A stretch of 64,000 nt of DNA, taken from contig JAXGQR010000009.1 of assembly GCA_040766325.1 (NCBI GenBank), positions 65,495 through 129,494 on the forward strand, given 5' to 3'. Every line of letters starts with the position of its first letter. Positions within the stretch are counted from its first letter, which is position 1. The notes beneath the pieces are model-generated. The model worked only from the letters and a program-made list of their open reading frames with translations. It did no database searches and was not told the DNA's origin. A program made the position numbers and the translations under genes. This DNA is from Dehalobacterium sp. GTDB lineage: Bacteria > Bacillota > Dehalobacteriia > Dehalobacteriales > Dehalobacteriaceae. Of this stretch, positions 8,346 to 17,920 are shown one piece after another.

Positions 8346-10535
8346 TTATTCCTTTATTCCATTGGATAAAGGGTGATGCAGCCTTTGTTTTAGTAAAACA
8401 GCTCTAATCGTAAAATAATCAATCTCTTCCGGCAAGGCATCCTTAAGGTGTTTTAGCTTACTAGCACCGATTTCTTGGGCTTTCTTTAACACCAATGATT
8501 CTTCTTCTTTAGTCATTAAAGCATCCCAATCTATGGGGTATCCCTCTTCTCCTGAACGGATAATATGACTCTGAATGGTTGCTAGACTTAGCTTTCTTTT
8601 ATTTGCGATTTCTTCTATCGTCTTACCTGCCATAAATTCATGATAGCTTAAAATATGGCTGGGTACTTTTTCTTCATTTTTTACATCTTTTTTAGTTTCA
8701 TCTTCTTCATGATGTGGGTCTTGATGTTGTTCTTGCACATCCTGCACACTTTTATTCTCTGCCACATACCCGCTGATCACTTCAATGAAGCGTGCCCCAT
8801 ACTTTTTAAGTTTTATCTCTCCTACCCCGCTAATGGTTCCGAATGATGATCGGTTAAGTGGAAGTTTCTCACACATGTCTTGAAGGGTGTGATCAGTGAA
8901 AACCACATGGGGCGGAACATTTTCTGCCTGAGCTATTTCTTGACGTAAATTTCGCAACATTTCAAAGAGGGCACGACCCGACAAATCCTTTTCCCGTTTA
9001 AGGGGAGTTTTCCGGAATACTTGTTTTTCCCCCCGGAGCACAGTCACTGCCTCAGGACAAAGTTTGGCCACCGGGTATTTGCCTTCTGTCAAATGAATGT
9101 AACCTTCAGCAACTAAAAGGTTCAATAGATCAATGATATCTTTTTCTGGTTTTTCTGCCATCAGACCGTAAGTTGATAGACGATCAAAGCCCAACTGCCT
9201 AATTTTGGCGTTTTTTGAACCTTTTAAGACAGACGCCACCATCCTCAGCCCAAAACGTTCTTTCATGCGTCGCATACAAGAAAATATTTTTTGCGCCTCA
9301 ATGGTAATATCCACCCTTTCCAGGTCTTGACTGCAGTTGCCACAATTATCACAGTTCTCATAGGGCACCTTTTCCCCAAAATACTCCAAAATATATTTGC
9401 GCAGACAGCGATCCGTATGACAATAATCTGCCATGAGCTGCAGTTTTTGATATTCATGGGATTTTCGCGCCGTCGCATAAATGGTCTCTTCAATTAAGAA
9501 CTTTTGAATGATAATATCCTGTGGACTGAAAAGAAGAACGCATTCCCCAGGTGCCCCGTCCCGTCCGGCTCTTCCCGCTTCCTGGTAATAGGACTCCATG
9601 TTTTTCGGCATGTTGTAATGGATCACAAAGCGCACATTGGATTTGTCAATGCCCATACCGAAGGCATTGGTGGCAATCATGACTTTTACTTCATCAAACA
9701 AAAAAGCATCCTGAGCGGCTGCTCTTTCCCGATCCTTCATCCCTGCATGATATTTACCCACCGGGAAGCCTTTTTTATCTAAAAATGTAAAAAGGTTATC
9801 CACTTCTTTCCTGGTGGCAGCATAAACAATTCCAGATTCCTCTTGGTTTTCCCGGAGATAATCCAGCAAAAAATCCTTTTTATTCTCACCCCGTCTTACT
9901 TCAAAGGACAGGTTATCCCGATCAAACCCTGTGACGAAAACTTCTTCGTTTTGGAGTCCCAAGAGTTTGATAATGTCCTCTTTCACCTCTTTGGTGGCTG
10001 TGGCGGTAAAAGCTGCAATAACCGGCCGCTCCGGGACTTCCTGAATAAACTTTCCAATATGCCGGTAACTGGGGCGAAAATCATGTCCCCATTGAGAAAC
10101 ACAGTGGGCTTCATCAATGGCGATCAAATTAATGGTAAGGGATTGTAAAAGGGTGCGAAAACTTTCCGATTCCAGACGTTCCGGAGCAATATAAAGTAAT
10201 TTAAACTGTCCCTGCCCGGCTTGATCAATTCGCTCCTGGACCTGGCGCGGCGTTAAACTGCTGTTGATAAAGGAGGCAGAAATCCCCAAACCTAATAAGG
10301 AATCGATCTGATCTTTCATTAAGGAGATCAGAGGGGAAATGACCAAAGTTGTCCCCTCCAGGACAAGAGCGGGTATTTGATAGCATAGTGACTTGCCACC
10401 CCCGGTAGGCATGATGCCAAGGGTATCATGACCTGCTAAAATGCATTCAATAATTCGTTCCTGACCCTCTTTAAAAGATTGATAACCGAATTTAGTTTTT
10501 AATAGTCTTAAAGCATCTTCCATCATGTCTACCAT
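8346..10535 (-). CDS. recQ: ATP-dependent DNA helicase RecQ
   Basis: 729 aa with the DEAH box (IDEAHCVSQWGHDFRP), a Zn-binding Cys cluster, RQC and HRDC regions, and a C-terminal HTH extension. Confidence 0.9.
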   Translation of the reverse strand: MVDMMEDALRLLKTKFGYQSFKEGQERIIECILAGHDTLGIMPTGGGKSLCYQIPALVLEGTTLVISPLISLMKDQIDSLLGLGISASFINSSLTPRQVQERIDQAGQGQFKLLYIAPERLESESFRTLLQSLTINLIAIDEAHCVSQWGHDFRPSYRHIGKFIQEVPERPVIAAFTATATKEVKEDIIKLLGLQNEEVFVTGFDRDNLSFEVRRGENKKDFLLDYLRENQEESGIVYAATRKEVDNLFTFLDKKGFPVGKYHAGMKDRERAAAQDAFLFDEVKVMIATNAFGMGIDKSNVRFVIHYNMPKNMESYYQEAGRAGRDGAPGECVLLFSPQDIIIQKFLIEETIYATARKSHEYQKLQLMADYCHTDRCLRKYILEYFGEKVPYENCDNCGNCSQDLERVDITIEAQKIFSCMRRMKERFGLRMVASVLKGSKNAKIRQLGFDRLSTYGLMAEKPEKDIIDLLNLLVAEGYIHLTEGKYPVAKLCPEAVTVLRGEKQVFRKTPLKREKDLSGRALFEMLRNLRQEIAQAENVPPHVVFTDHTLQDMCEKLPLNRSSFGTISGVGEIKLKKYGARFIEVISGYVAENKSVQDVQEQHQDPHHEEDETKKDVKNEEKVPSHILSYHEFMAGKTIEEIANKRKLSLATIQSHIIRSGEEGYPIDWDALMTKEEESLVLKKAQEIGASKLKHLKDALPEEIDYFTIRAVLLKQRLHHPLSNGIKE

Positions 10536-10589
10536 GTTTCATACCCACCTTAGGTTTACACAAGTAGTGATAATTCTTCGCAAAGCATC

Positions 10590-11366
10590 TTACCAACAGC
10601 AATGGTTCAAGGGACCGCTGCCTTTTCCTAAATTAAGGTTGGCATTCAGAGCGCAGATGATATAATCCTTGGCCCGGTGCACGCTTTCCTCTACACTGTA
10701 TCCTTGGGCCAAATTACAGGCAATGGCTGAGGATAAGGTACAACCTGTGCCGTGGGTGTTTTCATTATCGATCTTTGCTGCCGGAAACCAGGTGACCGCT
10801 CCGCCCGCATACAGCAAATCATCGGCAGAATCCTCTAAATGGCCTCCCTTGATTAAAATGTATCCCGAATAGTTTTCTCCGATTTTTTGGGCAGCCTTAA
10901 CCATATCCTCCCGAGCATGAATCTTCATCCCCGATAGACATTCCGCTTCAGGAATATTAGGGGTAATAATCAGAGCTAGAGGAATTAACTTCGTGATCAA
11001 GGCCTCCATGGCATCATCACTGAGCAGTTTACTCCCACTGGTCGCAACCATCACCGGATCCACCACAATATTTTGCACCTGGTACTCTTGTAACTTTTCC
11101 GTAATTTTTAAGATGATAGCCGGAGCGGAGACCATGCCGATTTTTACCGCATCAGGAAAAATATCCGTCATCACACAATTTATTTGCTGCCCGACAAAAT
11201 CCGGGTCAATATCCATAACCCCATAAACACCGGTGGTATTTTGGGCCGTTAAGGCGGTCAGCACACTCATGGCATACACTCTATGAGCGGTTATGGTCTT
11301 AATATCTGCTTGAATCCCCGCGCCACCGCTGCAATCGGATCCGGCAATAGTTAATACTTTTTTCAT
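10590..11366 (-). CDS. thiD: hydroxymethylpyrimidine/phosphomethylpyrimidine kinase
   Basis: TIAGSDCSGGAGIQADIKT at the N-terminus and the GTGCTLSSAIA motif. It is in an operon behind a TPP riboswitch. Confidence 0.85.
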   Translation of the reverse strand: MKKVLTIAGSDCSGGAGIQADIKTITAHRVYAMSVLTALTAQNTTGVYGVMDIDPDFVGQQINCVMTDIFPDAVKIGMVSAPAIILKITEKLQEYQVQNIVVDPVMVATSGSKLLSDDAMEALITKLIPLALIITPNIPEAECLSGMKIHAREDMVKAAQKIGENYSGYILIKGGHLEDSADDLLYAGGAVTWFPAAKIDNENTHGTGCTLSSAIACNLAQGYSVEESVHRAKDYIICALNANLNLGKGSGPLNHCCW

Positions 11367-12010
11367 TGAATTGCCTCCATCTCATCAAAGGAATTGATAT
11401 AACAATCACACATGCTTTCAATTGCTGCTTTTTCTTGCTCTGCCGAATTGTATCCTACCCCTACCACATAAAAACCGGCCTCTTTAGCCGTCTTGATACA
11501 GTGGAGGGCATCTTCAAATATCACGACCTCCCTGGGGTCACAGCCAAGGCGTTGCGCTGCCATTTGATAAATCTTGGGGCTCTCTTTACCACAGCCCACT
11601 TCCGGGCTGGTAATAATAAATTCAAAATAAGGGAGAATTCCTAACCGGTCCAAAACCTCTTTGGTGGTATCATGATCTGAGGCTGTGGCCACACACATTT
11701 TTGCCCCCTGGTCGCGGAGCTTTTTTAAATAATCTGCCACCCGGGGTTTAAGAGGGATGTTTTCCCGATACTCTTTTTCTGCCAGATAAAAAATTTGCTC
11801 GGCAATTTGTTTTTCATCCAGATCTAATCCATAGTTTTTCTTTAAATAGGCAGCAGCGTCAGCGACACTTAAGGGTCTTAAAACTTCCTGCAAATTAGGT
11901 TCCGGTGTAATATTATGGGATTTAAGAAAGGTTTTGCCCATATTTTCCCAGATATGCATCGAGTCCAACAAGGTTCCGTCTAAATCAAAAATGGCATATT
12001 TAATCTTCAA
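11363..12010 (-). CDS. HAD-superfamily hydrolase (subfamily IA)
   Basis: DLDGTLLDS motif I, a TTG start, and a 4-nt overlap with thiD. Confidence 0.7.
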   Translation of the reverse strand: MKIKYAIFDLDGTLLDSMHIWENMGKTFLKSHNITPEPNLQEVLRPLSVADAAAYLKKNYGLDLDEKQIAEQIFYLAEKEYRENIPLKPRVADYLKKLRDQGAKMCVATASDHDTTKEVLDRLGILPYFEFIITSPEVGCGKESPKIYQMAAQRLGCDPREVVIFEDALHCIKTAKEAGFYVVGVGYNSAEQEKAAIESMCDCYINSFDEMEAIQ

Positions 12011-12079
12011 TTTGTCAGCACTTCCTTTGTTTTGATTAACATTGTTCTAAAAATCAGCTGCAGAAATTCTTGAGGATAA

Positions 12080-12117
12080 AAGGAAAAGGGGGTACACCAA
12101 AAAAGTGCATCCCCTTT
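12080..12117 (-). terminator. attenuator/terminator of the TPP riboswitch
   Basis: On the minus strand: GGGGAUGCAC-UUUUUUG-GUGUACCCCC followed by UUUUCCUUUU. Confidence 0.6.
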
Positions 12118-12124
12118 AATCTCA

Positions 12125-12216
12125 ATGTGGTTCCCTTCGTTGGCATTATCCAAATCAGGTTCAAGGGTCGAAACCAAAATGTCTCCTCTCAGCCTGTATC
12201 AACAAGCTCCCCTGTA
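12125..12216 (-). promoter_or_regulatory. TPP (THI-box) riboswitch
   Basis: On the minus strand: CAGGGGAGC...GGCUGAGAGGAGAC...ACCCUUGAACCUGAUUUGGAUAAUGCCAACGAAGGGAA. This matches the THI-box consensus blocks. Confidence 0.9.
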
Positions 12217-12262
12217 TGAATTTAAAAACATCATATAATAAAATCTACCTCTTGTCAAATCC

Positions 12263-14920
12263 CTATTGCTTTCTACCGGCACGCATAAAGATTTTGATAA
12301 TCTCATTAACAGTTAGTGGGATTAACGCAAACCCAAAGACAATACCCCAATCCAGCAGGCTTAAATTCTGAACTTTAAATGCATCCGCCATAAAGGGTAT
12401 TGTAATCACTGCCAGTTGGAGAAAGATGCCGGCAAAGATGGCACCAATAAGATACTTATTGGTAAAGAAACCAATTTGGAAAATTGACTTGGTTTCATTT
12501 CTCATGGACAAGGAGTAAAACAATTGTGAGACCGCCAAGACGACAAAGGCCATGGTGCGCGCATAAGTTAATGCAGCTTCAGGGATATCCCGAGAGCCTA
12601 AGGTAAAACCATGTTCAGTTAATCCGAAGTAGAAGGCGGTTAAGGTCAGAATCCCGATTAAAGTACCCCCCAAAATAGCACGGAATCCGGCACCATGGGC
12701 AAAGAAACTTTCTTTCGGATTTCTCGGCTTTTGCTTCATTACGTCCTTGTCTCCCGGGTCTATTCCCAATGCGATGGCCGGTAAGGAATCTGTAATCAAA
12801 TTGATCCATAAAATTTGGGTCGCAATCAATGGTACCGGCCAACCGAAAAGGATGGAAGCAAAAATGGCAACCACTTCACCTAAATTGCAGGAAAGCAGGA
12901 AAACCACAGACTTTTTAATATTGTTATAAATATTTCTTCCTTCTTCAATGGCATTAACAATGGTGGAGAAATTATCATCGGTCAAAATCATATCACTGGC
13001 ACCTTTGGAGACGTCGGTGCCGGTGATGCCCATAGCCACGCCAATGTCTGCATATTTCAGGGAAGGGGCATCATTTACCCCGTCACCGGTCATGGAGACA
13101 ATATTCCCATGAGACTTAAATGCTTTGACGATTTTCACCTTATGCTCCGGTGAAACCCTGGCAAAGACACGAAAATCATTAATTCTGCGGCTAAACTCCT
13201 CATCGGATAATTGATCGATTTCCGATCCGGTGATGCTTTGTTCAATAGATTCGGCAATTCCCAATTCCTTGGCAATAGCTACAGCCGTATTTTTATGGTC
13301 CCCTGTAATCATAATGGAGGTAATACCGGCGAGCTTGGCCTGGTGAATGGAATCCTTCACTTCCAATCGCGGCGGATCAATCATTCCGACAAAACCTATG
13401 ACAACCAGATTTTCTTCCATTTCTTCCGAGGGGATAACCGTATCCGTATCTTTAAACGCTACACCCAAAACACGCAAAGCATCGTTGGACATTTCTTCCG
13501 CCACATTCAGATACGTTTTTTTCATTTCCTCTGTCAGGGGTACGATCTGTCCCTCGACTAAAGCGTGAGTCGCGATTTTTAAAATATTGTCTAAAGCCCC
13601 TTTTGTATGGACTCGAAAGCCCGCACCTTCCCGATTCAAGGTTGACATTAGTTTACGATCAGAATCAAAAGGTTTCTCACCTACTCTGGGATGCTTATCA
13701 TTTAAGGCTTTTTTCGTTAGTTGATATTTATCACCCAGAACAATTAGGGCAACCTCCGTAGGATCTCCCGTGCTCACCCCGTCATCATAAGTGGCATCAG
13801 AGCAAAGGACAAAAGATTTAACTAATTCCTGGGCATCTTGGGTTCCCTGAAAATCGGTTTTCTCGGCAGGTATTTCTTGTAGATGGTTCAAGGTATAATG
13901 CTTAACCACTGTCATCTTATTTTGAGTCATCGTCCCAGTTTTATCGGAACAAATAATGTTTACCGAGCCTAGGGTTTCTACTGCGGGAAGCTTCTTGACA
14001 ATGGCATTGATCTTAGACATGCGGGTGACACCCAAAGCTAAAACAATGGCCACGATTGCTGCTAAGCCTTCAGGAATAGCTGCCACAGCCAGGCTAATGG
14101 CGATTAAGAACATATCGAATAGATCTCTGTCTTGCAAAAGAGCAATGATAAATATCAGTACACAAATTCCAATAGCGAGAAAGCCTAAGATTCGTCCCAG
14201 CTCATCCAAGCGTCTTTGTAAAGGAGTCATTTCCTCATGATCCTCATCAAGAATTTTCGCTATTTTCCCGATTTCCGTTTCCATTGCTGTGCCTACAACT
14301 ACTCCCTCACCTCGACCATATGTGGCCAGGGTTGACATAAAAGCCATATTTGATTGGTCACCAAGGGGGGTTTTGGGGTCTTCGTGAAGATCCTGAGCAT
14401 TTTTATCCGCAGGGACAGATTCTCCGGTCAAGGCAGATTCCTCAATTTGCAGGTTGACGCTTTCAATTAAGCGCAGATCGGAGGGAATATACCTCCCGGC
14501 ATCAATAATTATAATATCTCCCGGTACAATTTTCGTAGAATCGATTTCTTTGATTTCGCCATCTCTTCTTACCAAAGATTTAGGCGTCGTCAGTTTTTGC
14601 AGCGCTTCAATAGCTTTCTCCGCCTTATATTCCTGGACGACACCGATAACGGCATTTAGGACAACCACAGCAAGAATAATGATCGAATCAACATATTCAC
14701 CGATGGCCAAAGTAATGGCAGCAGCTCCCAACAGGACGTAAATCAGCATATTATTTAACTGGGCTAAGAAGAGGGCGACGATACTTTTCTTCGGTTTCTC
14801 TTTTAACTTATTTTCTCCGTACTTCTCTAATCTTTCCTGGGCTTCTTCACCGGTAAGACCAGTGTTGACATTTACATCCAGTTCCCTTAAAACTTCTTCC
14901 TGGGATTTTGAAAACCACAT
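12263..14920 (-). CDS. P-type (PII, Ca2+/Mn2+-type) cation-transporting ATPase
   Basis: Contains DKTGTMT, TGES, MITGDH and GDGVNDAPSL. The second ATG (14920) has proper SD spacing (AAAGGAG then 8 nt); the first ATG at 14926 does not. Confidence 0.85.
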   Translation of the reverse strand: MWFSKSQEEVLRELDVNVNTGLTGEEAQERLEKYGENKLKEKPKKSIVALFLAQLNNMLIYVLLGAAAITLAIGEYVDSIIILAVVVLNAVIGVVQEYKAEKAIEALQKLTTPKSLVRRDGEIKEIDSTKIVPGDIIIIDAGRYIPSDLRLIESVNLQIEESALTGESVPADKNAQDLHEDPKTPLGDQSNMAFMSTLATYGRGEGVVVGTAMETEIGKIAKILDEDHEEMTPLQRRLDELGRILGFLAIGICVLIFIIALLQDRDLFDMFLIAISLAVAAIPEGLAAIVAIVLALGVTRMSKINAIVKKLPAVETLGSVNIICSDKTGTMTQNKMTVVKHYTLNHLQEIPAEKTDFQGTQDAQELVKSFVLCSDATYDDGVSTGDPTEVALIVLGDKYQLTKKALNDKHPRVGEKPFDSDRKLMSTLNREGAGFRVHTKGALDNILKIATHALVEGQIVPLTEEMKKTYLNVAEEMSNDALRVLGVAFKDTDTVIPSEEMEENLVVIGFVGMIDPPRLEVKDSIHQAKLAGITSIMITGDHKNTAVAIAKELGIAESIEQSITGSEIDQLSDEEFSRRINDFRVFARVSPEHKVKIVKAFKSHGNIVSMTGDGVNDAPSLKYADIGVAMGITGTDVSKGASDMILTDDNFSTIVNAIEEGRNIYNNIKKSVVFLLSCNLGEVVAIFASILFGWPVPLIATQILWINLITDSLPAIALGIDPGDKDVMKQKPRNPKESFFAHGAGFRAILGGTLIGILTLTAFYFGLTEHGFTLGSRDIPEAALTYARTMAFVVLAVSQLFYSLSMRNETKSIFQIGFFTNKYLIGAIFAGIFLQLAVITIPFMADAFKVQNLSLLDWGIVFGFALIPLTVNEIIKIFMRAGRKQ

Positions 14921-15066
14921 AGACATCGCTCCTTTTATAATTATTACCTAATAATCCCATGCCGACCTGCCTCATAATCACATGGATAAAATCCTCCTTT
15001 TGATGTCTTCTATAAGCTAACTTTTTTCATTTAGCATGCCCCAAATAAACAAAATCTTGAGGTAAA

Positions 15067-15109
15067 TAATAAAAGACTCATAGGTAGTTTAGAACCACCC
15101 ATGAGTCTC
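15067..15109 (-). terminator. terminator overlapping the 3' P1 strand of the Mn-type riboswitch
   Basis: On the minus strand: GAGACUCAUGGGUGG-N8-CUACCUAUGAGUC followed by UUUUAUUAUUU. Confidence 0.65.
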
Positions 15110-15192
15110 GTTCATCAAGGTAAACCAGGCCGAAATCGACCACAATGTTGATTCACCACATCGCCGCAGCAATGCAAACTACTCCCCCACGG
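15099..15192 (-). promoter_or_regulatory. yybP-ykoY (Mn2+) class riboswitch candidate
   Basis: On the minus strand, the 5' CCGUGGG-GGAGUAG motif and the 3' GAGA-CUCAUGG motif form a 7-bp P1. There is an internal UCAACAUU block. It lies upstream of a P-type ATPase, a known context for this class. The internal helices were not fully folded by eye. Confidence 0.55.
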
Positions 15193-15265
15193 AACACTAT
15201 GAATTTTTAATTTATAATTGATCCTACCACAAAACTTAAAAAAGTGCAAGCACATTTTTCCATTA

Positions 15266-16558
15266 CTATTCCCCTCTTAAGCGATCTAAAACGATGGAGG
15301 CCGCACTCCGGACAGATAAATGATTGTAAACACTCGGCCCATAGATAGGATTGAGGACATAATCTGAGCTTTCGATTAAGGATTCCTCCAGTCCCCAACC
15401 GGTACCAAAAAGGATCAGATAGTTACCTTCCTTTCGCTCCATCACATCCCTTAATTCCTCATAACCGATATTTTGAGGATAGGCTTTAGCTGCGGTAGAA
15501 ATTACCTTAGGAGCACTGCCATATTCCTTGGTGATTTGCGCCTTAACCTCTTCCACGGAATCAACTACAGAAAGTTTTGTCAAAGCGGTTTTACGATCCG
15601 GGTTATAACGAGCACCAAAACCTTTGATCCAATGGTTTATCAAGGTCTGAATCAACTCATGCTGCACTCTTATCGGCTGCACCACAAAATATTTTTCCAC
15701 GCCATAGGTGGCAGAAGCCCGAGCGATATCATGTAAATCCAGATTGGTAAAAGATGTATTAATGACAGCCCCCTTCTTATTATAAACGGGGTAATGTACC
15801 AAAGCGGTAAAAAGGTGGGTCTTCTCTTTTAGGGGTGCCTTAATTTTCTCCATATATTGCAGGTCTTCCACGCGCAAAGGGGCTTTTTTATATAAATCCG
15901 GGCGGTTTTTCCATGTTTTCGCCAGGGATTGCTGCCTACGCCAGACCCGAATCTTCTCATGGTGCCCGCCCAGGAGAACCTCAGGCACTTTATGACCTAA
16001 AAACTCCTGGGGTCTGGTATATTGGGGATACTCTAGCAGTCCATCCTCAAAAGACTCCTCGGATGCGGAAAGATCATCTCCTAAAACACCTGGTAATAGC
16101 CGAACCAGAGAATCTACCATTACCATGGCAGGTAGTTCTCCTCCGGTTAGCACAAAATCCCCGATGGAAAGTTCCTCCGCATGAAAAATTTCCTTGACCC
16201 GTTCATCAATACCCTCATAATGACCACAGATAAAAACCAGGTGCTCTTCCCGGGATAATTCTGCCGATTTCTTCTGAGTGAAAATCTCTCCTTGGGGACT
16301 GGTAATGATAATACGTGGAGAGGTGCTTCCTGACTCCTTAATATGTTGAATGGCTTCAAAAATAGGCTCCGGTTTCATAACCATACCGGCACCTCCGCCA
16401 TAAACAACATCATCAACCATGCGATGTTTGTTAAAAGCAAAGTCGCGAATATTCGTCACATGGATTTCTACCAGCCCTTTTTCTTGTGCCTTTTTCAGAA
16501 TACTGTCCCGAAGGGGAGCAAACATGCCCGGAAAAAGGGTCAAAATATCAATTCTCAT
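15266..16558 (-). CDS. trmD: tRNA (guanine37-N1)-methyltransferase TrmD fused to a second SPOUT-like RNA methyltransferase domain
   Basis: Residues 1 to about 245 are canonical TrmD (MRIDILTLFPGMF, YGGGAGMVM, ICGHYEGIDERV). Residues from about 250 to 430 (THLFTALVHYPVYNKKG...LILFGTGWGL...LSVRSAASIVLDRL) resemble the uncharacterised SAM-dependent RNA methyltransferase family often encoded next to trmD. Confidence 0.85.
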   Translation of the reverse strand: MRIDILTLFPGMFAPLRDSILKKAQEKGLVEIHVTNIRDFAFNKHRMVDDVVYGGGAGMVMKPEPIFEAIQHIKESGSTSPRIIITSPQGEIFTQKKSAELSREEHLVFICGHYEGIDERVKEIFHAEELSIGDFVLTGGELPAMVMVDSLVRLLPGVLGDDLSASEESFEDGLLEYPQYTRPQEFLGHKVPEVLLGGHHEKIRVWRRQQSLAKTWKNRPDLYKKAPLRVEDLQYMEKIKAPLKEKTHLFTALVHYPVYNKKGAVINTSFTNLDLHDIARASATYGVEKYFVVQPIRVQHELIQTLINHWIKGFGARYNPDRKTALTKLSVVDSVEEVKAQITKEYGSAPKVISTAAKAYPQNIGYEELRDVMERKEGNYLILFGTGWGLEESLIESSDYVLNPIYGPSVYNHLSVRSAASIVLDRLRGE

Positions 16559-16570
16559 AATTTCCCACCT

Positions 16571-17074
16571 CTAATCATCCAATCCCGGCGGTAGTTCTAC
16601 GACCATGCGTTTTTGGTCATGAACATCGATTACCTGCACAATACTTTTCAGGGCCGGGATCAACAAATCTTTTTTGCCCTCTCTTTGCACCACATACACA
16701 TCGTTTGCTCCCGTTTCAATAATATCGGTCAATTTACCCAGCAATGCACCCCTGGTATCAAAGACCTGAAGCCCAATGATTTGAAAATGATAATAATAGC
16801 CGGGAGGCGGTGTAATTGCTTGTTCCCGGTCAACAGTCAGATAACGGTTGCTTAATTTTGCCGCTTCATCGCGATCATTGACCCCACGAAACTTAATCAG
16901 AAACTTGTCTGTTTGTTCCCGTACCGTTTCCAATTCTACTAAATGATCAATGCCGTCAATCCAAACGAAGTCGGTACGAAAAAATCGATCCGGATAATCC
17001 GTTAACGGCATAACCTTAAGCTCCCCTTTCACCCCATGGGGTGAGAGGATTTTCCCGATGATAATTCTTTCCAA
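16571..17074 (-). CDS. rimM: 16S rRNA processing protein RimM
   Basis: GKILSPHGVKGELKV at the N-terminus, a PRC-barrel C-terminus, and a TTG start. Confidence 0.9.
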   Translation of the reverse strand: MERIIIGKILSPHGVKGELKVMPLTDYPDRFFRTDFVWIDGIDHLVELETVREQTDKFLIKFRGVNDRDEAAKLSNRYLTVDREQAITPPPGYYYHFQIIGLQVFDTRGALLGKLTDIIETGANDVYVVQREGKKDLLIPALKSIVQVIDVHDQKRMVVELPPGLDD

Positions 17075-17311
17075 GGATGAGACTCCTTTCTCTTTAAGTA
17101 AATCCAGGGGTGGTGCTTGATTTACCTTTTGAACTTAGTTCAAGCACCATCCCTCAATATACTTATTGTAAGGATATTAAAAAAAGAGGACAAGCTGCCC
17201 CTTTTTTATACGTTCAAAAATTCAAATTCTCTTTAAATGCTCCATGTTTAAAGTAAAGAGCAACTATAGCTTCCGTCCGCATCAGAAGGCTTGACGGAAG
17301 CCTAGTTATCT

Positions 17312-17539
17312 TTAGATAATTTCTACGTTTACTTTTTTCCCTTCTTTAGTGGCAACTGCTTTGATCACGGTGCGGATTGCTTTGGCAATACGTCCTTGTT
17401 TACCAATGACTTTGCCCATGTCCTCCGGCGCCACCCGTAACTCCAATACAGTAAGATTGTCTTTTTCCTTAACCTCTACGGAAACTGCATCGGGATTTTC
17501 TACCAGGGATTTGGTTATATATTCTACTAATTCCCTCAT
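17312..17539 (-). CDS. KH-domain RNA-binding protein (YlqC family)
   Basis: 75 aa with VIGKQGRIAKAIRTV, in the conserved position after rpsP. Confidence 0.85.
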   Translation of the reverse strand: MRELVEYITKSLVENPDAVSVEVKEKDNLTVLELRVAPEDMGKVIGKQGRIAKAIRTVIKAVATKEGKKVNVEII

Positions 17540-17576
17540 TGTACTTATTACCCCCCGGTTTCATGGTCAAGTTCGC

Positions 17577-17837
17577 TTATTGTTCAGAAAATTTCTTCAA
17601 TACACCGGCCTTTCTGAATAAAGCTTTCACCGTATCAGAAGGCGTTGCTCCATCGGAAAGCCATTTTAGAGCTTTTTCCTCATTGATTTGGTATTCTGCC
17701 GGCTGTTTCGTCGGATTGTAAAAGCCAATCTCTTCGATAAAGCGACCATCTCTGGAAGAACGGGAATCTGCTACCACTACTCTATAAAACGGAGCTTTCT
17801 TTGCACCCATTCTTTTTAATCTGATTTTTGTTGCCAA
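17577..17837 (-). CDS. rpsP: 30S ribosomal protein S16
   Basis: [25 protein letters not shown]. The TTG at 17837 sits 8 nt after AAGGAGG; the longer ORF-track start is unlikely. Confidence 0.9.
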   Translation of the reverse strand: MATKIRLKRMGAKKAPFYRVVVADSRSSRDGRFIEEIGFYNPTKQPAEYQINEEKALKWLSDGATPSDTVKALFRKAGVLKKFSEQ

Positions 17838-17920
17838 TCCTCTCACCTCCTTAAAATATTCCGTTGTTACGGAAAAATCTATCTGAACCTTTCCTTCTAC
17901 CCCGGATTTTTCAACGATAT

